Of a stretch of 33,326 bases of DNA, positions 8,943-17,750 are shown in pieces. The stretch lies in IMG/VR virus record IMGVR_UViG_2541047900_000007; one strand, given 5' to 3'. Each line of letters starts with the position of its first letter. The first letter of the stretch is position 1. The notes under the pieces are model-generated. The model was given only the letters and a program-made list of their open reading frames with translations. It did not search any database and was not told the DNA's origin. The stretch comes from a virus. Taxonomy: Duplodnaviria > Heunggongvirae > Uroviricota > Caudoviricetes. A program made the translations under genes and the position numbers.

Positions 8943-8952
8943 CCGGAGCCCC
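8939..8952 (-). terminator. weak hairpin downstream of the 93-aa ORF
   Basis: GGGGC-CGGA-GCCCC 8 nt after the stop at 8960, followed on minus strand by TTCTTCTTAATCTCC. Confidence 0.3.
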
Positions 8953-8959
8953 TGTGATG

Positions 8960-9241
8960 TCAGCAAGTGCGAAACCCCTTGCAGTTACGCAGGAAAGCGA
9001 TGAGAAGCGTCTTTCCCTCAGATTTGCCGATGCCGGAGAACCAGTGGTCGGGAGGCTCCCATGCTTCAATCAAATCCGCCAGTTTGCGGGCCTTTGAACG
9101 TGTGCAGTCAATCGGGTCATTGGTTTTACGGGTATTAAAAAGGGTTTCCACCCCCGGAATATCAAGGAGGGTAAACCACGTACCATTTGACATGCCCAGT
9201 GCCGCACATCGTCCTCCTTTATCCGTCAGTTCAACACTCAC
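8960..9241 (-). CDS. hypothetical protein between tube and chaperone genes
   Basis: 93-aa ORF starting 2 nt after the tube gene stop; followed by a hairpin at 8939-8952. Confidence 0.35.
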   Translation of the reverse strand: MSVELTDKGGRCAALGMSNGTWFTLLDIPGVETLFNTRKTNDPIDCTRSKARKLADLIEAWEPPDHWFSGIGKSEGKTLLIAFLRNCKGFRTC

Positions 9242-9243
9242 CG

Positions 9244-9765
9244 TCAGCCCCCGATATTGATACGGTAGTCAGTCAGTTGATCAACACCGCCGACCCGGAA
9301 GATGTTGGCCAGATAGTCCAGTTGCAGCAGCTCTTCACCATCCAGTACCTGTCTGATATACGTGCAGGTGAAGCTACTGGAGAACTCGGCGTTCTCGTGC
9401 TGTTTGAACGTCCCCAGCGGGTTCTTCTTGAACATAATCGTCAGGAAGGTGACCAGCGGGATTTCGTCAATCAGCCCCTGCGAGCTGTAGCGCTGGACGC
9501 TGGAACGACACTGCAGTGCCAGCGACCTGTACGGGTTCGCGGCAGACAGCATCGCATCGCGGTAAAAGCTGTTCCATTTGATTTCGCCTTCCAGTTTGTC
9601 AAAACCAGCCGGGAGTTCCACCTTACCCACCATCCCCAGCGCCTTGTGTTCCTGCATAATCATGGAGACATCGGGGAGTTTAACTTCCTCAGCCCGTCCC
9701 AGCAGGTTAGTACCATCCAGATAGATGTTGGCATTCGTGATGCGGTTTATCTCAATCTTTGACAT
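9244..9765 (-). CDS. tail tube protein (Mu M/gp40, P2 FII-like)
   Basis: 173-aa ORF immediately after the sheath gene. Confidence 0.8.
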   Translation of the reverse strand: MSKIEINRITNANIYLDGTNLLGRAEEVKLPDVSMIMQEHKALGMVGKVELPAGFDKLEGEIKWNSFYRDAMLSAANPYRSLALQCRSSVQRYSSQGLIDEIPLVTFLTIMFKKNPLGTFKQHENAEFSSSFTCTYIRQVLDGEELLQLDYLANIFRVGGVDQLTDYRINIGG

Positions 9766-11192
9766 CAGTTGCCCCCTTTCAGGGTTAACAGGTATTCCGA
9801 GGTGATCTCAGTCTCAAACGTCAGTCGCTCCAGCGGCGGTGGTGGCGTATATTTGTAGCTCAGCAACAGGTGCCCGGCGGCCAGCTCCGTCTCCGGATTG
9901 CGGGCCGGATCAAACCAGCAACGGAAGCCCAGTACCGCACCATCACCAGTCATTTTGCGACCGTAGGCGTTGACCGACTCCGTCAGTGCATCAATCAGCG
10001 CCTGAGTAATCGGCATGTCGATGTACTGCTGGCTGAAATAACGAATGGACTCGTTGATCACATCACCGGTGCGGCGAACGTTCTCAAAGTTACGCATATG
10101 GGTGACCGTTGGCCATGCTGCCGTCCGGTTACCCCACAGACGAAGGCCGCTGCCGTAACTGCTGAATACCGTGGTGATCCCCTGTTCGTTAAGCAGGTTC
10201 ACCTCACTCTGCGGGTCATCAATCATCGCGGACAGCTGGCGCTCCACGCCGGTGATCCCCAGAATCTCCTGATTGGAGGATGACCACCAGTAGCCCTTGT
10301 CCAGATCGACTCTGGCACGCAGACCTGCTGCACGCTGGCTGAGCGGCTCCAGACGCTCTGTGTTTGTCACCGGGTCATATACCTTCACATGCGGATAGCA
10401 CAGACGGACGCGGTCGGAGCTGGTATTGAAGTTGATGGTGCCTTCCGGGCCACGACCTGCCAGAGCCTGTGCAAAGGTGGTACCGACAGGCGCATCAATG
10501 TAGGTTACCGCGCCCAGCTTCTCTGCCATGGCGATAAGCTCAACTGCGACACTCTTCTGGGTGCAGAACACCGGCGCAATCAGAATTTTGGCGAAATAGC
10601 CGTACAGGTTGAAGCTGTCGTTAAGCAGCTTCATGCCAGTTCGGTTTCCGGCGCTATTCACCCCGCCGATGATGTCCGCCGCAGTCACCTTCGACGGGTC
10701 CGCGTACTCATAGCTCACCTTCACGCTGCCACCGGCCTCAATAGCCTTGCCCAGGTTCGTGAGCACACCCGCCTGCGCATCAACACGGTAGTCCGTGTTC
10801 GCCGTGTGGGTGGTGCTGCCTTCACTGTTTTTCACCACCACATTAGCGACAACCGGATGCGCCAGTCTGGCCTGCCCTGTCGATTTGTCAAAGGTAACCA
10901 CCTCATCCTCGATCGCCGTTTTATGTTTCGCCGGGTCGAGGACGTTAATGACCAGAACGGTACCTGCACCATGGTCATAAATCGCATCCAGCGCCTGCGG
11001 AATGGTAAAGCCGGTGAACTGGCTGCCAAATGCCGCTGCGTCTTTCTCAGACAGGCACTGTACCAGCGTATTGACATCCCCCATCGGGGCGGTACCAATC
11101 AGGCCAATAACGGCAGATTTCACCGTTTTAACCGGGCGGGCTCCGTTTTCCACCTCAATGGTTTCGGGACCATGCAGATAGTTAGCTGCCAT
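9765..11192 (-). CDS. contractile tail sheath protein (Mu L/gp39)
   Basis: 475-aa ORF with typical sheath N-terminus and position. Confidence 0.85.
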   Translation of the reverse strand: MAANYLHGPETIEVENGARPVKTVKSAVIGLIGTAPMGDVNTLVQCLSEKDAAAFGSQFTGFTIPQALDAIYDHGAGTVLVINVLDPAKHKTAIEDEVVTFDKSTGQARLAHPVVANVVVKNSEGSTTHTANTDYRVDAQAGVLTNLGKAIEAGGSVKVSYEYADPSKVTAADIIGGVNSAGNRTGMKLLNDSFNLYGYFAKILIAPVFCTQKSVAVELIAMAEKLGAVTYIDAPVGTTFAQALAGRGPEGTINFNTSSDRVRLCYPHVKVYDPVTNTERLEPLSQRAAGLRARVDLDKGYWWSSSNQEILGITGVERQLSAMIDDPQSEVNLLNEQGITTVFSSYGSGLRLWGNRTAAWPTVTHMRNFENVRRTGDVINESIRYFSQQYIDMPITQALIDALTESVNAYGRKMTGDGAVLGFRCWFDPARNPETELAAGHLLLSYKYTPPPPLERLTFETEITSEYLLTLKGGN

Positions 11193-11436
11193 GGGTGTCC
11201 TCCGTTTTCACTTCGCTGTCACTGCTGCTTCTGCGCTTTGGTGACTGCACAGCCGGTGTGCCGGCGGGTTTAGTCTCTTCAGGTACCGGCGTCAGATGTT
11301 TCAGCGCCACCAGTACCTTCACGTAGTCATGCTCCTCCGGCAGGGAAACCGTCTTCCCCGGCCAGAGCAGGATTTCGGTTCCGTCCGACAGCGTGACGCC
11401 GCTGGCCGGGCCGGAATAGCGGTATTCTTTCATCAC
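11182..11436 (-). CDS. hypothetical protein (Mu gp38 position)
   Basis: 84-aa ORF overlapping the sheath gene start by 11 nt. Confidence 0.45.
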   Translation of the reverse strand: MMKEYRYSGPASGVTLSDGTEILLWPGKTVSLPEEHDYVKVLVALKHLTPVPEETKPAGTPAVQSPKRRSSSDSEVKTEDTHGS

Positions 11437-11897
11437 TCGCTTTCCTCATAGTTCACTTCGGTTAACAGCGGGCCGGACGGTAAATCGCTGTCTTCGATAA
11501 AGACGCTTTCAGTCGCGAAGTCGAGGGCGTACTGCCACAGCCCCCTGACTTCACCGATAAACACCTCGCGGGTCAGCCAGATACGGCGGCGGCAGCCGGG
11601 CGGGGTGTGGCCACCGAGAATGCGGCGGACAGCATCCAGGACATTAATCGCCCCTTTTTTACCGTTGAGCTGGCGGAAGACCACCGTGACGCAGAGCTGG
11701 ATAGTCTGAGACTGGATCACCGCACCGGTATCATCCGGCCTGTCAAAGCGCGAACCGGCATAGCTCAACAGCAACGCGCCAACCGGATGGTTCAGGCGAT
11801 ATTCAGCCGGTTTCTCCGGGAAGTACTCCACCTGCAGTTGCGGCAGCTTCTCGCGTAACCGGGCCAGTACCGCATCAAGGACGGGCAGAACGTTCAT
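11433..11897 (-). CDS. head-tail connector-region protein, Mu gp37-like
   Basis: 154-aa ORF, ATGA-type overlap with downstream gene, conserved position. Confidence 0.55.
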   Translation of the reverse strand: MNVLPVLDAVLARLREKLPQLQVEYFPEKPAEYRLNHPVGALLLSYAGSRFDRPDDTGAVIQSQTIQLCVTVVFRQLNGKKGAINVLDAVRRILGGHTPPGCRRRIWLTREVFIGEVRGLWQYALDFATESVFIEDSDLPSGPLLTEVNYEESE

Positions 11898-12343
11898 CAG
11901 TATTTCTCCAGTAAACCGTCACGACCGCCGAAAGTGGCCGGGCGACTGCGTACACGAAACTCGCCAGGCTCAGGCACATCTTTCTGAGTGGACGGCAGCC
12001 CCAGCGTGAGCCTGTTATCACGTAACTCCCTGAGTTGCCGCAGCGCTTCTTTGTGGTCATCCTTCACCGTATCCGGGAGGTCACCTTCCGGGCGGCGGGC
12101 GTAGAGCCGGTAACGGACCAGCGTGATGGCAATGTCCCGCAGAACAGTCGGTATCTCTGCCAGTGGCAGGATATAGCGTCCGCGCAGATGGGCATCAATC
12201 AGCTCGTCGGCATAGCGGATACAGCTGTCCACCACACGGGTATTCACTGTTGCAGGCGAGTCGAAGTCCATCTCTTCACTGGTGAGCTCGATAAGCGTCC
12301 GCTCCGGCACCTGCGCAAGCAAATCCTCCAGGGTGCAGTACAT
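11897..12343 (-). CDS. Mu gp36-like protein
   Basis: Start moved to ATG 12343 (MYCTLEDLL...), 1 nt after the stop of the upstream gene; the longer ORF-track start would overlap that gene by 160 nt. Confidence 0.55.
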   Translation of the reverse strand: MYCTLEDLLAQVPERTLIELTSEEMDFDSPATVNTRVVDSCIRYADELIDAHLRGRYILPLAEIPTVLRDIAITLVRYRLYARRPEGDLPDTVKDDHKEALRQLRELRDNRLTLGLPSTQKDVPEPGEFRVRSRPATFGGRDGLLEKY

Positions 12344-12344
12344 G

Positions 12345-12683
12345 TCACACCCCGCGCAGGATACGAATGACGTCGCCTTCACCCCCGGCTTCATCAAGTG
12401 CAATACCACAGGATTTACCGTCGCCGGACTGCGGCACGGCTCTGGCCTGAGCATCTGACTGAACAGCCACACCACGGCTGACAGCGGCCCCGGCCTCGAC
12501 AGCAATAATGCCCAGAACGCTCACCGGCGTGCTGTCGCCGGTAACAGCATCCACTTCGGCAACCCCGAGCGCTGCGGCACCGGCTTTACAGGGGGTATTA
12601 TCTGCCCCGACAAAACGCTGCTGTGCCAGTGCTGCCCCTGCCGTTACGGTTGTGATCAGAATGACCTGCTGAGTGGTTCCCAT
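12345..12683 (-). CDS. small Ala/Gly-rich head protein (possible decoration/cement protein)
   Basis: 112-aa ORF directly downstream of the major capsid gene. Confidence 0.45.
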   Translation of the reverse strand: MGTTQQVILITTVTAGAALAQQRFVGADNTPCKAGAAALGVAEVDAVTGDSTPVSVLGIIAVEAGAAVSRGVAVQSDAQARAVPQSGDGKSCGIALDEAGGEGDVIRILRGV

Positions 12684-12692
12684 AACGCCTCC

Positions 12693-13646
12693 TTATTTAC
12701 TGATACCGGTAATGAGATACCCGGCATCGCCACCAACCACGGCGACTTTGTAGATATCGGTATAACGGCAGTACTTCACCTTGCCACCGGCTCCGTCGTA
12801 TTTGTCGGCAACAGGCATCCCCTTACGACGCAGGGTGTAGCCGAAGGACGGCTCGTTCTCGTCCGCGCTGTCCGCCCCCGGCTGCGGTTTGCCGACATAG
12901 TGCAGCATCAGATTGTCTCCCCAGATATCCGCCGGCACGCTGTTCTTATCCATTGCCGCTTTCATGGACGGCAGGGAGACCGGGGCACCGATGACGATCT
13001 CTTCGATCTGAAAGAGGTCCTGCAGGATTTCTGTGGTGATGCGCTTGCGTTCGTTGGCTCCGATAGCGGCCTGAATCGCCGGGTGGAACTTCAGCAGCGC
13101 CATCACGCCGGCCCCCATGGTCATCAGGTTAGGACGCAGCCCCGTGGCCGTACGGACCGCTTCCATACCGGCTTCAATCACCCCGATGGGGTCCCCCTTA
13201 CCACCGGCCCAGCGATCACTGGCTGTCAGTTTTTTGACGTGCCCGGTACGGTAGACCTTTTCATCCTGAGCCAGACGGGCAGCGATAAGTTCACGGCGCA
13301 GGTTCACGCCATTCGTGGCGCGACGGATGGCCTTGCTCTCTTCGTTAAACATGGACTCCGCCTGCTCGCGATAGTCCACCGGCGCAGCCAGATCGTGTTC
13401 ACCCAGCACCAGGTCCAGCGTGCCTGTTTTTTCACGGACCAGAACATTGCTGTCCGCCCCGACGGCACGCTCGGTGTCATATTCCACAAAGGCGGTTTTC
13501 CCGAAGGTCGGTACACGCACGCCTTCCTTGTCCGTCAGCACGACGGGGAAAATACGTTCGCCGATGAATGCGGCATTTTTATAGCCACGGGCGATACTGG
13601 TCAGTACCGGATCAACGACACGTTTACCTTTTAAGTAATCAGACAT
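12693..13646 (-). CDS. major capsid protein (Mu T/gp34-like)
   Basis: 317-aa ORF following the protease/scaffold gene. Confidence 0.7.
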   Translation of the reverse strand: MSDYLKGKRVVDPVLTSIARGYKNAAFIGERIFPVVLTDKEGVRVPTFGKTAFVEYDTERAVGADSNVLVREKTGTLDLVLGEHDLAAPVDYREQAESMFNEESKAIRRATNGVNLRRELIAARLAQDEKVYRTGHVKKLTASDRWAGGKGDPIGVIEAGMEAVRTATGLRPNLMTMGAGVMALLKFHPAIQAAIGANERKRITTEILQDLFQIEEIVIGAPVSLPSMKAAMDKNSVPADIWGDNLMLHYVGKPQPGADSADENEPSFGYTLRRKGMPVADKYDGAGGKVKYCRYTDIYKVAVVGGDAGYLITGISK

Positions 13647-13660
13647 GCTCTCTCCTTAAA

Positions 13661-14776
13661 TTACAGGCAGCGTGCGACAGCAGCCTCATAGCTGATGCCT
13701 TCTTTTTTGGACAGGGCCACTGCTTTCTGATGCAGGGCCAGACGCTCAGGATCGGCTTCCGCAAACTCTGCCACATCCACCTTCACCGTGTCGCCGACAC
13801 GCTCTTTTGTGGCCTGTTCGGCGAAATTCATCACCGGCTCCCCGTCGGAGAGCAATGAACGAAAGGCGGTGGCCAGCGGTGTGCGGCTTTCCCCCTCAGC
13901 AAACTCCACCGGCTTGTCGCCACCGGCGACGGCATCCAGCAGGGCAACCACCACGGAGGAGGCGCGGGGAGCCAGACGGCCCTCTGCGACCAGTTTTTCT
14001 GCAAAGGCCACATTGTCCTTATGCAGTTGCTCCTGTCTGACCTGTGCATCACGCGCATCGCGATCAGCAGCCTGCTGCTTCAGGCGGCGGTTCTCCTCCT
14101 GAAGGGCTTCAATCTCTTCTTTTGTCATCGATGATTCCTCGTTACTTGCGGAAGACGGCCCCGGGCCTGTCTCACTGAATTGTGCACCTGCTGCATCCTG
14201 CGACAGTGTGTCGCGGTACGCCTCTTCGCGCAGACTGTTGAGCTGCCATTCCGGCAGGACTTTTTCTGCCTCGTCCAGACTGAAGCGGGCGATCAGAAAA
14301 TCGCGCAGCTTTCCCCACAGGGAGGCATTCGTGATGGCCTGCCAGTCGGCGAACTCCACCACACCTTCTTCCTGCTCACTGAAGGACACCTGTTTCAGCC
14401 CCTTGACGGAAGGTGGCTGTGCCCCGAGAAAGCCCACATGGCGAAGGTAGAGCACGCCGGGCTTCGGATTGGACGGTGAATCCGGGAGGTAGAAAGAGGC
14501 GGACACTTTTTTGAATCGTCCGTCGGTGACCATCTCAGCAAACTGCGGGTCCAGCTGGGCAGGCTCTGCCATCAGATCGACGCCGCTGAGCGACAGGGCT
14601 TTCACCCAGCCCCACGCCGGGTCTTCCGTTCTGGGATGACCAATCACGAGTGGTGCTTCATGGACGGACGGGTCATAGGCTTTCACGCAGGCGGCAAGAT
14701 CGTCTGGCGTGAACGGCAGTTTTTTGCCGTGCATATCGGTATGAGTACCGGCTTTAAAAATGTGAATGGCTGACAT
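13661..14776 (-). CDS. head maturation protease/scaffold, Mu I-like (gp32)
   Basis: 371-aa ORF with acidic coiled-coil C-terminal half, preceded by a 210-bp intergenic region holding a conserved promoter-like motif. Confidence 0.7.
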   Translation of the reverse strand: MSAIHIFKAGTHTDMHGKKLPFTPDDLAACVKAYDPSVHEAPLVIGHPRTEDPAWGWVKALSLSGVDLMAEPAQLDPQFAEMVTDGRFKKVSASFYLPDSPSNPKPGVLYLRHVGFLGAQPPSVKGLKQVSFSEQEEGVVEFADWQAITNASLWGKLRDFLIARFSLDEAEKVLPEWQLNSLREEAYRDTLSQDAAGAQFSETGPGPSSASNEESSMTKEEIEALQEENRRLKQQAADRDARDAQVRQEQLHKDNVAFAEKLVAEGRLAPRASSVVVALLDAVAGGDKPVEFAEGESRTPLATAFRSLLSDGEPVMNFAEQATKERVGDTVKVDVAEFAEADPERLALHQKAVALSKKEGISYEAAVARCL

Positions 14777-14800
14777 TTTGCTGTCCCGCGTTATGTTGTC

Positions 14801-14862
14801 GGAGACAGTTTGTGAGAAATGCAGGCCCGGCGATTTTAATCTGCTTTAGAAAACATCAGGGG
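14801..14862 (-). promoter_or_regulatory. candidate late promoter upstream of the I-like head gene (class A motif)
   Basis: Minus strand reads TTAAAATC-N7-CCTGCATTTCTCA-N3-CTGTCTCC in the 210-bp G/I intergenic region. Confidence 0.5.
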
Positions 14863-14911
14863 AGAAGGACAGGGAAAGCAATGCGGTGAACCGGAGGCGG
14901 TTATAAAACAG

Positions 14912-14925
14912 AGGCTGTAAAGCCT
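14912..14925 (-). terminator. weak hairpin plus U-tract downstream of the G-like gene
   Basis: Minus strand AGGCT-TTAC-AGCCT followed by CTGTTTTATAA; 5-bp stem only. Confidence 0.3.
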
Positions 14926-14990
14926 TTATAAAGGTAATACAGCCCCTCATTCGCTGGCAATGATAAATCACCCGCCTGAAGAGAGAAAAC

Positions 14991-15449
14991 TCAGCGACGG
15001 GCCGCTGATTCAAGATGGCGGACAATGGTATCGAGGATGGGGATTACCACTTCAGGCTGTAGTTCTCCATCCCCCGTCACCGGCAGGAACGGGCGGGCCG
15101 GAAGTTCAACAGACTCATTACGCCCCGTTTTACCCCCGAACTGGTGAATGGCACCGTAAACAACGTTGGTCCCCACAACAGCCTGCCGGTCGTCATGGTC
15201 GGTTGATACTGACCCCATCAGACGCCCGGTATCCTGCAGTGTCTGCCCGTCACGTTCTTCCGCTGCCAGCGAGGGGATCCACCCCGGACGCCCCTCATCA
15301 AGAAAGTTAAACTGTGTTTCCGCCAGCAGGGTTCCGGCGATTTTGCGCATCGCGGGCTCCAGGTCTGTGGCAGCAAGATCCAGCGCACGGAGGCTCCGGC
15401 GCAGGGATTTATCGTTAATGGTGATACTGACCAGGTTATCGGAAGCCAT
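14991..15449 (-). CDS. virion morphogenesis protein, Mu G-like (gp31)
   Basis: 152-aa ORF after the F-like gene. Confidence 0.7.
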   Translation of the reverse strand: MASDNLVSITINDKSLRRSLRALDLAATDLEPAMRKIAGTLLAETQFNFLDEGRPGWIPSLAAEERDGQTLQDTGRLMGSVSTDHDDRQAVVGTNVVYGAIHQFGGKTGRNESVELPARPFLPVTGDGELQPEVVIPILDTIVRHLESAARR

Positions 15450-15451
15450 TG

Positions 15452-16273
15452 TTATCCTCTCAGTTCCTGTTGTGCCAGTGGCTGAAGCGTACCCTGATAG
15501 CGGGCCAGGTCGGGACGGTATGCTGCCCCCGGTGCATAAGACCAGCCGACGTCGGTGGTCACCTTCGTGGTGCCGGTATTAAAGGTGGCCACGTTCCGCA
15601 TTTCGCCGGTTTTCTCTGAGACCAGTTTCAGTTCCTGGCCCATGGCAGAGCCGGAGCTGATAACCTTCAGGCCACGGGCACGGACATCCGCCGCACTCAG
15701 GGCAATCACACTACAGCGGCAGCGCCAGCCGTTCGGCGGGTAAAATGCCTGCCAGAACGGGTCATCCCAGCGCAGCACCAGACCATGCAGCGCCAGATGG
15801 CTCCTGCGGGTATGGCTGTCGTTGATGCCGGTATACATCCAGTACGGCCTGTCGTCGACGTTTTCCATCTGTTCCGCCCAACGACCGGCGCTGTAGAGTA
15901 CGGACATATTGGTGCGAAAGATGGTATCGAGCCGCCACGGACTGCCCTGCTGAATGGTGACCGGCTTACCCGTTACCGGGTCAGTCGTGTCACGTGGTCC
16001 CCACCATCCCTTACGCTTCAGCACCGGCTCCAGCTCCTGCCGGAACCAGCGATCGGTTTTTCCTTCATCGACAGCCTGCTGCAGTGCCCCGCGAATATCT
16101 TCCAGGATATCCAGGCGGGTCACTTTAGCAACGGTAAAGGCGCGGGCATGGGCCTCCTGCCACATTTCTTCCCAGTCCCAGGTAATCTGATACCCTTTGG
16201 ACTTCAGGTAACTGACTGCCCGCTTCGGGGGAAGCGTCATGCAGTACGCCAGTTCAGCCGTTGTCACGCTCAT
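15452..16273 (-). CDS. head morphogenesis protein, Mu F-like (gp30)
   Basis: Contains RRSHLALHG...PPNGWRCRC motif; ORF-track start is TTG at 16300, ATG at 16273 preferred (GGGGA upstream); overlaps portal end. Confidence 0.7.
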   Translation of the reverse strand: MSVTTAELAYCMTLPPKRAVSYLKSKGYQITWDWEEMWQEAHARAFTVAKVTRLDILEDIRGALQQAVDEGKTDRWFRQELEPVLKRKGWWGPRDTTDPVTGKPVTIQQGSPWRLDTIFRTNMSVLYSAGRWAEQMENVDDRPYWMYTGINDSHTRRSHLALHGLVLRWDDPFWQAFYPPNGWRCRCSVIALSAADVRARGLKVISSGSAMGQELKLVSEKTGEMRNVATFNTGTTKVTTDVGWSYAPGAAYRPDLARYQGTLQPLAQQELRG

Positions 16274-17750
16274 GCAGACGTCCCCGGATATTTGCCACAA
16301 AGAGAATACGGGCCAGCCGTTCCTGCAGATCGTCCGTGTTCATCTGAGGGTAGAGCTCCGCCAGTTCGCCCAGCAGCTCAGTCGGGTTAACCCCGTTTTC
16401 GACCCGCTTAAACAGAGGTGCCAGGACGGGTTCCAGCGTGCCATTTAACACACCTCCGTTCATCAGAATGTCCAGCGCGTCGTCAAGCTGCTGCTGAGCC
16501 TGAATATCGGCATCAATCGCCTCGGCAAATGACAGCGGCAGCATGTTATTCTGGCGTTCCGACGGTGATGTCTCGTCAATATCGCCGTCCTGCAGTTGGT
16601 ACTCACGCTTAAAGTATTGCGGGGTCAGACGCAGACCCGCCCGGGTGAGTTTTTCGTCGCGGGTGGCGCGGGTGTCATCAATGGTCTCCTGTTCCCACAT
16701 GGCCCAGACCGGACACGGCACATCGCCGAAGTTCAGGGTGACCACCGTTCTGATAACCTGATTCACTGCTGCCTGAATGATGTCCGCATCCGCATCGCGG
16801 ATATCAGCCGTTACCTCCAGCCCGGCCTGTGCAGAGGCCTTGTTACTGTTCGCTTCCGTGGTCTGATTCTGACCAAGTAATGCAATGGAGATCTCACTGC
16901 GTGACAGTGTGATCAGCTCGCGGAATACCTCGCTGCTGTCCGCCTTACCATCCGCGGCTTTGAGTTCGATGCTGCTGTCATCGGGGATGGTGGCCACCGC
17001 GTCCTCCACCATCTGCTCCATGGAGTCCAGCAGTTTTTCAATCTCTGCATCATTTGCACCCCTCGGGTGCTTACCGATCACCCACGGGGAGCCAAACTTT
17101 TCGGCAAAGCGGAGCCAGAATTTCATCCCGCCTTTCTTGAAGGCGACCGGCCAGAAGCACATGGACAGGTCCGGGAAACCGTAAGGATTGTCATACGAGG
17201 CATCCTGTGCCGGCACCACGAATTTTGACGGTGACAGCAGCTCACCCTCCACACCCGCATCACGCGCCCGGAAGCGCAGGCAGTTGTCCGTATCAAACTG
17301 AAACCACTCAGGCGGTTTGCCGACAATATCCGTCACTGCCCACGCCCTGACCGAACGGCCCCACATGATTTCACAGGGCTGATACCCGTAGAGCACGGCA
17401 TCACTCATCTCACCGATGATGCGGGACAGATCCAGATCGTCGAGCATGTCGCGGATGAAACGGAAGACCCGGGCAGAAGCGTGACCGCGCTCCAGTCCAC
17501 GCTCCAGTGATTTGAGCGCTGCTTTACGTCTGCGGATACAGCCCCCAACCAGCGGGTCGGTGCGCAGTTCGCGGTAGATACGGATATCCCGTCCCTGAGC
17601 CTTGAGAATGGGATCAGGATTGGGCAGATACATGCCCAGTCCGTAAAAGTCGATCGCGCGGCTGCGGGAGGCAATCTGCGCGGTCAGTGATTTCTGAGGC
17701 TCAGAAAAAGCAACAAATTCATCGGGTGAAACCCAGATACCCCTCGCCAT
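16254..17750 (-). CDS. portal protein (Mu gp29-like)
   Basis: 498-aa ORF directly downstream of the large terminase with 1-nt overlap. Confidence 0.8.
   Translation of the reverse strand: MARGIWVSPDEFVAFSEPQKSLTAQIASRSRAIDFYGLGMYLPNPDPILKAQGRDIRIYRELRTDPLVGGCIRRRKAALKSLERGLERGHASARVFRFIRDMLDDLDLSRIIGEMSDAVLYGYQPCEIMWGRSVRAWAVTDIVGKPPEWFQFDTDNCLRFRARDAGVEGELLSPSKFVVPAQDASYDNPYGFPDLSMCFWPVAFKKGGMKFWLRFAEKFGSPWVIGKHPRGANDAEIEKLLDSMEQMVEDAVATIPDDSSIELKAADGKADSSEVFRELITLSRSEISIALLGQNQTTEANSNKASAQAGLEVTADIRDADADIIQAAVNQVIRTVVTLNFGDVPCPVWAMWEQETIDDTRATRDEKLTRAGLRLTPQYFKREYQLQDGDIDETSPSERQNNMLPLSFAEAIDADIQAQQQLDDALDILMNGGVLNGTLEPVLAPLFKRVENGVNPTELLGELAELYPQMNTDDLQERLARILFVANIRGRLHERDNG

Noticed and set aside
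10389-11273. 294-aa plus-strand ORF and similar plus-strand ORFs at 12900-13634 and 1588-2061
   Set aside because: Antisense to sheath, capsid and baseplate genes whose order and overlaps are coherent on the minus strand.
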